Made by a program: the position numbers and the translations under genes | Shown here: piece after piece, positions 56,821 to 64,000 of the stretch | How positions within the stretch are numbered: position 1 is the stretch's first letter | Layout: each line of letters opens with the position of its first letter | The notes under the pieces: generated by a model | The model's input: only the letters and a program-made list of their open reading frames with translations | Database searches by the model: none | What the model was told of the DNA's origin: nothing | Assembly: GCA_050633505.1 (NCBI GenBank) | Contig: JBOEGQ010000007.1 | Coordinates: 13,921 to 77,920 of the forward strand | DNA: 64,000 nucleotides | Direction of reading: 5' to 3' | DNA from: Alphaproteobacteria bacterium | GTDB taxonomy: Bacteria; Pseudomonadota; Alphaproteobacteria; Micavibrionales; Micavibrionaceae

Positions 56821-57981
56821 CTATTTTTCCAAACAACTTGTGTTTCTAATCAAACTTAATGAAGCCTCATATTTGTCCATCCCCGGATTTATAGAAGGGC
56901 AATACAATATGGAGAGAATCTTCAAGTCAAACTCACTCGGAACTAATAGCGGAGAATCATATAGAGAAAACTTTTCTTCTAATTCCAAAAGCCATTTCTC
57001 ACGCATACTTTCTCGATGAACGCCCCCATCCAAAACAGTCTCTGCCGAAACAACATCGAATTTATTGTTCCAGTTAGATAAAATTCCATTATTATTTTTA
57101 GTAACCTCTGGCACCCCCAACGCACGCGCAAGACACTCTGAAAGAAATGCTTTAGACCAGTTTTCTGGAACGACAGATGGTTTCAAGTAACAGGTGGCAG
57201 CCTGTATTTCGTTGTTTTCATTAGGTATGAAGAAACCTTCTACTTGAGACCTCTGGCGCGGCGTAAACCTAACTGCCGAACTGTAAGCCTGCTCATAGTC
57301 GGTTTCATCAGCATAACTTCCACCCCTTTGGTTCTTAAAAGCATTTAGTATGTGAGATTCCGCATCCAATACTATAAATACATTCGCAGCGCTTCGATCA
57401 GGAAATTGTTCTGATACATAGGATATATTCAGATCAGTAGCCCTAGAGTAAATAGGAATAATACCTTTTAAATGATTGACTAGGTAATCAAATTTTTCCT
57501 CGTCGAAGCTATTACCTAAAACCTTGAATGTTATCTTAACAGGCTCTTCCCATTTATTAATGGTGTTGTGCTTAGGGGTGGAAATTATTTTTTCATTCTT
57601 GCGTTTCAGCAAGAGCATTGCCCTTGTTCCACTATTAACTCCTTCATACCAAAGAAAATCAGAAAAAGAAGCATCTAAAAATATATCAGCCATATGACTT
57701 GGGAGGTATCTCTTACCATCCAGAACTAAAGCTTTTGGCATAGTAAATGGCTTTTCAGGCATGTACGGCAAGGTACTCACGTTTTCATGCATAATCCACT
57801 TTGCACCCTCTTCAATCTGTCGCTTTTCTTCTTCGCTTTGATTTTTTTGATCAGGTGCTTTGGTTTTTTCCTGCCTAAGTACCTCCATCATTTCCGATAA
57901 GTTTATTTCGTTTTTAGCCTCAGCTAACAAAGACAAGCTTAAACAGGCTACAACAACAACTACAAAGATTATTCTCTTCAC
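56821..57981 (-). CDS. secreted DUF2927-like protein (tentative)
   Basis: 386 aa with a signal peptide. The blocks WEEPVKITFKV, C..(K)P......FLSECLARALGVPEV and DLKILSILYCPSINPGMDKYEA resemble DUF2927 blocks (..EE..Q.LGL.ND; LL..LY.P.L.PGM), from memory. Confidence 0.55.
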   Translation of the reverse strand: MKRIIFVVVVVACLSLSLLAEAKNEINLSEMMEVLRQEKTKAPDQKNQSEEEKRQIEEGAKWIMHENVSTLPYMPEKPFTMPKALVLDGKRYLPSHMADIFLDASFSDFLWYEGVNSGTRAMLLLKRKNEKIISTPKHNTINKWEEPVKITFKVLGNSFDEEKFDYLVNHLKGIIPIYSRATDLNISYVSEQFPDRSAANVFIVLDAESHILNAFKNQRGGSYADETDYEQAYSSAVRFTPRQRSQVEGFFIPNENNEIQAATCYLKPSVVPENWSKAFLSECLARALGVPEVTKNNNGILSNWNNKFDVVSAETVLDGGVHRESMREKWLLELEEKFSLYDSPLLVPSEFDLKILSILYCPSINPGMDKYEASLSLIRNTSCLEK

Positions 57982-58188
57982 TTTAATGCCGCTCTTCTTT
58001 CATAATGTGTGATCGCTAACTTAATGATTGATAGTACGCACTTCATTTACCATTCAAAATCCATAGCATGACTCACCCCACCACACAATCTTAAGTACAC
58101 AATTAAATCAGGTTTTTCTTATCTTCTTCCCCCGTAACTTTCATCTAAAAGCTGAGATAACCCATCCACAGCTAATGAATACGGGGAT

Positions 58189-58497
58189 ATGCCAAGGACA
58201 CACACCCAGAAAAACCCGTATTTCAAAAATTCCAGACTCACTATTGAAGAAACTGAACTGCTGGTGTTGATGTATTTTAGGCAAACTAAGAATTTTGACT
58301 ATGGAAGAAAGTTAATACATGGTTCATATTTTGCCGCGTTGAAACGTGGTGAGTACAAAGTTAAAAATGTGGTTGGTGGTGCAGGCGATACCGTACCCAC
58401 GCCTCTGTTATACCCAGAGCAAAAGGAAGCCATGGAGAACGGAATGAGTTTTGTTTCCACTCTGGGATTGGCCTTTAGTCCAATTTGTTCTCAATAG
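58189..58497 (+). CDS. hypothetical protein
   Basis: 102-aa ORF in the island. I recognise no family and the coding evidence is weak. Confidence 0.3.
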   Translation: MPRTHTQKNPYFKNSRLTIEETELLVLMYFRQTKNFDYGRKLIHGSYFAALKRGEYKVKNVVGGAGDTVPTPLLYPEQKEAMENGMSFVSTLGLAFSPICSQ

Positions 58498-58522
58498 GCT
58501 TAAATGTGAATGATTCAATTCT

Positions 58523-58858
58523 CTATGATTGTTCAGGAGCAGAGTCTACCGTTGATTGGTTATCTTCCTGATCCCAGCCATTGTTGCGCCCAATGGCTTC
58601 AACGATATCGGTATAGTAATTTGTCTTGGAGAAAGCCTCGTAGAATCGGCGTTCATCACCGCCATTATTAGGATGATCTAATAACTCGTTCGCCAACTGC
58701 CGCCTTGTTATTCCACGTTCAATGCATTCTGAATCATATTCATCAATGACTTTAGCGTCTGCGCCGTGCAGGGTCACATCGCGGAAAGTTCCTTTCCTTT
58801 GATAGCCTGACGGAGCCTTTCCATCTGGCGTTGACTTATATTGAAATTCTTCCTTCAT
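58523..58858 (-). CDS. hypothetical protein
   Basis: 111 aa from MKEEFQYKST; the track ORF extends to 58948. I recognise no family. Confidence 0.45.
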   Translation of the reverse strand: MKEEFQYKSTPDGKAPSGYQRKGTFRDVTLHGADAKVIDEYDSECIERGITRRQLANELLDHPNNGGDERRFYEAFSKTNYYTDIVEAIGRNNGWDQEDNQSTVDSAPEQS

Positions 58859-59086
58859 CCATGACCTGCCTTTCACGATCATGGATAGCAGGAAAGAGTT
58901 AAGAAATTCAATAAAAAACGAGTGAGAGGAATTTATTCCTTGACTCATTTTTCAGAAAACAATATCCATAAAGAGTAAAGGCCATTCGTGCATCTAACGC
59001 ACGGGCGCTTTACCCCTTCTCTGTTTCCCGCCGAATGGATTGGCGGTTGATTAAATACTTCTACCTTTAACAAAACCAAAACGCCC

Positions 59087-60556
59087 ATGTTTTTCATCGG
59101 GCGCGTTTGGTCATGGAAAGATATTGTTATGACGTTAGATATTGAAGAATACATTCCCTACCTTGAAGGCCTTGCCATGTCGCGTGCAAATAAGGAACAA
59201 ATGATCCGCATCGTGTGGGGATTCATGGAAAGCCATATTGATCAGGCCTTTGGTTTGCATCCAGTTCAACAGGCACAAAATTGTAAAAGAAAAAGCATTC
59301 ACATCCGCTCTGCTATCTCTGAGGCAGGCGGCATTCTGAAAAGCCCCTCCATTGAGTTTGGAGAAGACTCTGACAGTCGGCTGGTGGAGCATTTACTCGC
59401 CTCAGTAGCCGCACACCAGCGGGAGAAGAATGCCGAGCAGGTTAAAAACCGCATGAGGGCGCGTGTTCTAAACGGCTATTGCGTGACTGCACCAGTGATT
59501 GGCTATCGCTATGAGAAGGTTGAGGGGCATGGCAAATTACTGGTGCGGGATGAGCCAGTGGCCTCCATCATTCAGGAGGTGTTGGAAGGGTTTGCGCATG
59601 GGCGCTTTGGTTCTCAGGCGGAGGTGAAACGGTTTTTAGAAGGCCATGCGGCCTATCCGAAAGGCAGCGATGGCGAAGTGCATTGGCAGCGCGTAACAGA
59701 GATGTTCAGGCGCGTGGTTTATGCGGGTCGCCTGTCTATGCCCGACTGGGGCATTCACAATCACCCAGCGCAACATGAAGCGCTGGTGAGTTATGAGACT
59801 TGGCAGAAAATTCAAGGCAGACTGAATAAGCCCAAGAGAGCGCCCATACGCAAAGATATCAATGCCGACTTCCCGTTACGGGGGTTTGTGACGTGTGGCT
59901 GTTGCGGCCATCCGATGACCTCGTGCTGGTCAAAGGGGAGTAAGGCAAGTTACGCCTATTACCTTTGTTTCAAGAAAGGCTGTGAGCACTATAAGAAATC
60001 TATTCCACGGGATAAGTTGGAAGGTGAATTTGCTGCGCTTATCTCCGACTTTACCCCGCCGAGGCAATTATTCGTGATGGCGGTGGAAATGCTGCACAAG
60101 CTATGGGATGACCGTTCGGACAAGCGCAAAGAGGAAGAGGCACATCTTGAGGTGGCTTTAGATAAGACGGAGCGACAGATCGGGCAATTGCTGGATCGGA
60201 TTGTGGACGCGCAGAACGCGAGTGTGGTTACGGCCTATGAAACGCGCATTCAAGCCTTGGAAGATGAGAAGATCGTTTTGCGGGAAAAAATCGAGAAATG
60301 CGGGTGTGCGTTGCCTGACTTTAGCGGGACTTTTCGAACAGCTTTAAAATTCCTCGCAAACCCGCATGAATTATAGTCTTCGGATGATCTTACCGATAAG
60401 CGTAAGGCGTTGAAGATGATGTTTACGGAAGTTTTACCGTATGAGCGAAACGGAGGTTTTCGAACACCCCCAATCGCCCAGCCTATAAGGCTTTTGAGCG
60501 ACTTGCTGGGGGGTAAGGATGTTATGGTGGAGGGGGCAGGATTCGAACCTGCGTAG
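59087..60556 (+). pseudogene. large serine recombinase, degenerate (catalytic N-terminus missing, in-frame TAG at 60374-60376)
   Basis: The recombinase domain and zinc-ribbon are present (APVIGYRYEK..., RGFVTCGCCGHPMTSCWSKG...YYLCFKKGC) along with a coiled coil. No YxRxSxxxQ nucleophile motif precedes them. After the TAG the same frame continues 59 more codons (SSDDLTDKRKALKMMFTEVLPYERNGGFRTP...VMVEGAGFEPA) to a stop at 60554-60556, inside the tRNA. Confidence 0.8.
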
Positions 60557-60610
60557 ACTAACGTCGTCGGAGTTACAATCCGATGCCTTTAACCACTCGA
60601 CCACCCCTCC
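60525..60610 (-). tRNA. tRNA-Tyr (anticodon GTA), CCA encoded
   Basis: The minus strand reads GGAGGGGTGGTCGAGTGGTTAAAGGCATCGGATTGTAACTCCGACGACGTTAGTCTACGCAGGTTCGAATCCTGCCCCCTCCACCA. It has a 7-bp acceptor stem, an anticodon stem TCGGA/TCCGA with loop TTGTAAC, a long variable arm and a GGTTCGAATCC T-loop, and it aligns well with E. coli tRNA-Tyr. Confidence 0.95.
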
Positions 60611-60718
60611 ATCAAAAAAAACAGAATTGTCGAGAAACAGACCAAAAAATCTGTTAGGAGAAGAAAAGGCATTTTGCTTTTAATGTCAAGTGTGCTTTTG
60701 TGACAAAAAGGAAAAATA

Positions 60719-61495
60719 ATGAAATTTAAGAAAAATAATCAAAATAAACCGCGATTATATGGCATGCATGCCGTCCGTGAAGCATGGCTAAACCCTGAAC
60801 GCACGATTTATAGCCTGTATTTAACAGAGCAAGCACATAAATCATTTGAAGAAGTATTTCTGCTTGCCCGTAAAAAAGGCCTACGCCGGAATGATCCGAT
60901 TATTGTGGATAAAGCCAAGCTTGAAAAGATGCTGCCACGCGGAGCAGTCCACCAAGGTATCGCATTGGCGTGCTCTACCCTTGAAGAGAGCGATATACAA
61001 GATTTCATCATTCGCGCAACAACCCAGCCAAAAACTGTGCTGGCTATACTCGATCAAGTTACCGACCCCCACAATGTCGGCGCGATATTGCGTAGCGCCA
61101 GTGCATTCGGCCTTGATGGTGTATTAATGCAGAAAAAGCATGCACCGTCTTTAGATGGCGTTCTGGCAAAGACAGCATGCGGTGCAGTCGACCATATAGA
61201 TGTTGCACCCGTGACAAATTTATCCCGCACAATCAGAGAACTTCAAGGTGAAGGATTCTTCGTTATCGGACTGGATGAACGCGGGCAATACGATATCGGA
61301 AAGATTAAAACGATGAGAGCACATCACGAAAGCACCAAGATTGCCGTTGTCCTTGGATCAGAAGGTGACGGGATAAGGCGTCTGGTAAAAGAAGCCTGTG
61401 ATGATCTGGTTCGCCTACCTACAGAAGGGGCCATCGCAAGCCTGAATGTATCCAATGCGGCTGCCGTCTCATTTTATGCCTTATCAAATGAATAA
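60719..61495 (+). CDS. rlmB: SpoU/TrmH-family 23S rRNA 2'-O-methyltransferase (RlmB-like)
   Basis: N-terminal LYGMHAVREAW (substrate-binding domain), then SpoU motifs DQVTDPHNVGAILRSA, VLGSEGDGI and SLNVSNAAAV. Confidence 0.88.
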   Translation: MKFKKNNQNKPRLYGMHAVREAWLNPERTIYSLYLTEQAHKSFEEVFLLARKKGLRRNDPIIVDKAKLEKMLPRGAVHQGIALACSTLEESDIQDFIIRATTQPKTVLAILDQVTDPHNVGAILRSASAFGLDGVLMQKKHAPSLDGVLAKTACGAVDHIDVAPVTNLSRTIRELQGEGFFVIGLDERGQYDIGKIKTMRAHHESTKIAVVLGSEGDGIRRLVKEACDDLVRLPTEGAIASLNVSNAAAVSFYALSNE

Positions 61496-61838
61496 TATAG
61501 GCGATATGTGCTATAAAAAAACAACTCAAAAAAATAAAATGAAAATGACAGCGATTTTTTTTGACAGGAACATGGAAGGCCTGCTACTATTAGAAAAATA
61601 ACGAGAATAAACCTTACTTAAGGGAAAAAAATTACATTGGGTATTTTGTTGACATCAAGCTGCATATTCGCTATTTACATAGCGTTACGTGTGATGGAAA
61701 CAAAGCGGAAACGCGAAAAAATAAGAATTCAACCCCGAGCGCACAAAAACAAAAATAAGCTCGGAAGGTGACAACGGTTCAACCCGCTGCTGACGATACT
61801 ATCTGGTAGTTCGTCAGCTTATCACCCCAAACTCAAAG

Positions 61839-61871
61839 GCCCCGAAATTCGTTTCCGGGGCTTCTTTTTTT
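61839..61871 (+). terminator. strong Rho-independent terminator in the rlmB-holA intergenic region
   Basis: GCCCCGAAA-TTCG-TTTC(C)GGGGC followed by TTCTTTTTTT. It is preceded by a second long hairpin, GCTGACGA..TCGTCAGC (61789-61818). Confidence 0.85.
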
Positions 61872-61913
61872 GTTCTGTTGACCCCTGAAAAACAGTGCTT
61901 TACGATCCATCTC

Positions 61914-62936
61914 ATGAAAATTCAATTTCGAGAGATAGAATCCTTTGTGAAGTCGCCCAATAAAGTGGCGCGCGCCATTCTGGTGTACGGACCGGATAGT
62001 GGCCTTGTTAGAGAACGATGCGCAACAATCGGGAAAACTGTTGTCGAAGATCTGAATGACCCATTTAACGCAGTTACATTAAGTGTCGATATTCTGACCG
62101 ATGACCCGGCCCGCCTAAATGATGAAGCCGGTGCCATATCGATGATGGGCGGAGACCGCCTGATTCGCATTGAAGGCGCGAGCGACAAGCTCAGCGTGCT
62201 TTTAAAAGAATACCTCGCAAGCCCGAGCGAATCTGCGCTTATCCTTTTACAAGCTGGTGAACTAGGCCCCAGATCCTCATTAAGGAAGCTTTGCGAAACA
62301 GCAAAGAACGCGGCCGCCCTTCCTTGCTATGTTGAAGATGAACGGGATGTGTCCCGCCTTATACGAGAAACATTACAAGCGCAAAACCTACGTGGTGACG
62401 CAGATGCAATCGGCTGGCTTGCCACCAATATTGCCGGAGATCGTGGCCGCGTACGTTCGGAGTTGGATAAGCTGATAACCTATAAGGGCGACGAATCCTC
62501 CCCCATATCCATGAAAGATGTTCAGGCCGCATGTGGTGCAACAGCCGAACAAGGATTTGATGATTTGGTTTACAATGTCGGTGGACGCCGCTCTGCCGCC
62601 GCACTAAAAGCATATCGTACATTAATCGCAGAAGACGTTGCCTTCATCGCCATTTTACGAAGTCTACAAAATCATTTCCGCCGCCTTCATATGGTAAAAT
62701 CCTATATGCATGATGGCATGGATCTTGACGGTGCGATGAAAAAACTGTCCCCCCCCGTGTTTTTTAAACAAGCCCCACTTTTCAAAAGTCAGGCACATAA
62801 TTGGTCGCTCACCGCATTGAATCAGGTCTTGGCCAAACTCACCCAACTGGAAGCACAATGCAAGAGAACCGGCATGCCAGTTGAAACACTCTGCTCTCAA
62901 GCCATTCTAGCAATCAGTAAAAGCCGCGCCGCATAA
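61914..62936 (+). CDS. holA: DNA polymerase III subunit delta
   Basis: 340 aa with the HolA layout (..ILVYGPDSGLVRE.., C-terminal helical domain). The start is set at the ATG (MKIQFREIESF). Confidence 0.88.
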   Translation: MKIQFREIESFVKSPNKVARAILVYGPDSGLVRERCATIGKTVVEDLNDPFNAVTLSVDILTDDPARLNDEAGAISMMGGDRLIRIEGASDKLSVLLKEYLASPSESALILLQAGELGPRSSLRKLCETAKNAAALPCYVEDERDVSRLIRETLQAQNLRGDADAIGWLATNIAGDRGRVRSELDKLITYKGDESSPISMKDVQAACGATAEQGFDDLVYNVGGRRSAAALKAYRTLIAEDVAFIAILRSLQNHFRRLHMVKSYMHDGMDLDGAMKKLSPPVFFKQAPLFKSQAHNWSLTALNQVLAKLTQLEAQCKRTGMPVETLCSQAILAISKSRAA

Positions 62937-63022
62937 TATATATGCTTTAAATTTGACAAATCTTCGATTTGCTTAAATGATATAGGGGTAATGTGAATTT
63001 CAGATCATCTGGAGGAACCAAA

Positions 63023-63490
63023 ATGTCTTTTATAAGAATCCTGTTTATCTGCACTTTTCTGATATATGGATCACTTCCTGCACACGCAGGACGACCAAGC
63101 AATTGCGGCGACATCGATCGAACCGACATAAAAGATCTGTATCAAGAAGCAGAAGACGTACGATATATTTTTGATGTACGCGAAGATATTGAAAACTCAT
63201 GCGCCGTTTTTGAAAAAGCAGAAGGATGGCTTGAAAGACATGAGGATGAACTTCCCGAAGAAGACGTAGATAAACTTCGGACACTTTTAGATCGCGGGTA
63301 TAGCGAACTCCCCGGAATGGAGGATCCCCTAAAAACTCTTGGTGCATGGCAAAGCGTTTCCGCAGACACCCCAACACAAAGAGCACAACGAAAAGACGGG
63401 CTATCCGGTGCCAAGTCAAGATTACGCAAACTGCAGGACAGCTTGGACTTCATCACGGATGATATTACTGCATTCATAAAAGCGCGCTAA
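63023..63490 (+). CDS. secreted hypothetical protein
   Basis: GGAGG lies 7 nt before the ATG at 63023. The signal peptide is MSFIRILFICTFLIYGSLPAHA and the mature part is acidic and helical. Confidence 0.5.
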   Translation: MSFIRILFICTFLIYGSLPAHAGRPSNCGDIDRTDIKDLYQEAEDVRYIFDVREDIENSCAVFEKAEGWLERHEDELPEEDVDKLRTLLDRGYSELPGMEDPLKTLGAWQSVSADTPTQRAQRKDGLSGAKSRLRKLQDSLDFITDDITAFIKAR

Positions 63491-63517
63491 AGATCATAAT
63501 CAGGCTTTAAACGGAAT

Positions 63518-63913
63518 TTATTTGCATCGCTTCAAAAAGTCCTCGACTTCCTTAGGCGGTGTTGTGCTTACACCCTCAATATGTTCTCTCCCCCATGACA
63601 TAAGTTCTAGAATCATCGGCTGCAGGCTTTTCCCTGCATCTGTAAGAGAATACGCATAGCGCGTGGGTTTTTCCTGATAAGCTTGTTTTTCAATAATGCC
63701 AAATTTTTCAAGCTTCTTTAAACGGTCTGTCAGAATATTCGTCGATATACTTTCTGATGCATTAATGAAATCATTAAAACATTTTGATTCAAAAAACAGC
63801 ATGTCTCGAATAATCAGCAACGTCCACTTATCACCGATAATATCAAGGGTCGCCGTAATCGGGCACGCCGAACGACAACAATCATGATCAATTTTTGTAC
63901 ACTTATCAGTCAT
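63518..63913 (-). CDS. HxlR-family winged-helix transcriptional regulator
   Basis: CPITATLDIIGDKWTLLIIRDM and LTDRLKKLEKFGIIEKQ...PTRYAYSLT are canonical HxlR blocks. Confidence 0.9.
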   Translation of the reverse strand: MTDKCTKIDHDCCRSACPITATLDIIGDKWTLLIIRDMLFFESKCFNDFINASESISTNILTDRLKKLEKFGIIEKQAYQEKPTRYAYSLTDAGKSLQPMILELMSWGREHIEGVSTTPPKEVEDFLKRCK

Positions 63914-64000
63914 ATATCACATCATACAATAAAACATTGATTTTTCAATTAAGATCCATGCCCTGCTTATGTTTGCTCACTTTTTAAATCTTTGATTGCC

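Larger units (their letters stand above)
55645..60556. mobile_element. decayed integrative/mobilizable island at the 3' end of tRNA-Tyr
   Basis: The right end is defined by a serine recombinase pseudogene whose frame runs into the tRNA. Internal content is MobC plus orphan genes. The left end is tentative: a degenerate copy of the tRNA-end sequence, ATGGTGGAG..TTCGAAC, at 55666-55695. Confidence 0.5.

Noticed and set aside
61755-61800. SRP (4.5S) RNA-like sequence TCGGAAGGTGACAACGG
   Set aside because: It resembles the GGAAGG part of SRP domain IV only superficially. The conserved AGCAGCC/GUCAGGUCC context and the long closing helix are absent.

Overview
This 64-kb chromosomal segment looks alphaproteobacterial. 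It carries a GcrA cell-cycle regulator, the gene strings acpS-lepB-rnc-era and rpoZ-spoT, and a Trm112 gene, and is roughly 40-45% GC by eye. Most of it is housekeeping: thiC behind a TPP riboswitch, a minus-strand fatty-acid beta-oxidation operon (thiolase, 3-hydroxyacyl-CoA dehydrogenase/enoyl-CoA hydratase, acyl-CoA dehydrogenase) with FadL and FadD elsewhere, and polA. It also holds rpmI-rplT-pheS-pheT, leuA, metY, apt, holA, rlmB and a tRNA-Tyr. Five stretches are not ordinary. (1) At 34.6-39.7 kb, a tightly packed operon encodes three paralogous, very large (427/815/434 aa), Cys- and Asp-rich proteins. Each starts with a prepilin-type (class III) signal, and no pilus or type II secretion machinery lies anywhere in the window. 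This is my best candidate for an undescribed system. (2) At 22.54-22.76 kb, the intergenic region downstream of polA carries three exact copies of the 11-mer TCCCCACACAC. Two sit in the loops of unrelated stems, behind a near-consensus sigma70-type promoter, which suggests a multi-hairpin sRNA. (3) The TPP riboswitch governs a CHMI-family tautomerase and a small coupled ORF in addition to thiC. (4) At about 55.6-60.6 kb lies a decayed integrative/mobilizable island at the 3' end of tRNA-Tyr. It has a large serine recombinase pseudogene whose ancestral reading frame runs into the tRNA, a MobC without a relaxase, and orphan genes. (5) The conserved rpmI-rplT-pheS-pheT string is broken by two insertions, one of them a translationally coupled membrane-anchored protein plus a GNAT acetyltransferase. 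No CRISPR array, rRNA gene or intact transposase was seen. All product calls rest on motif recognition in the supplied translations; no database search was run.
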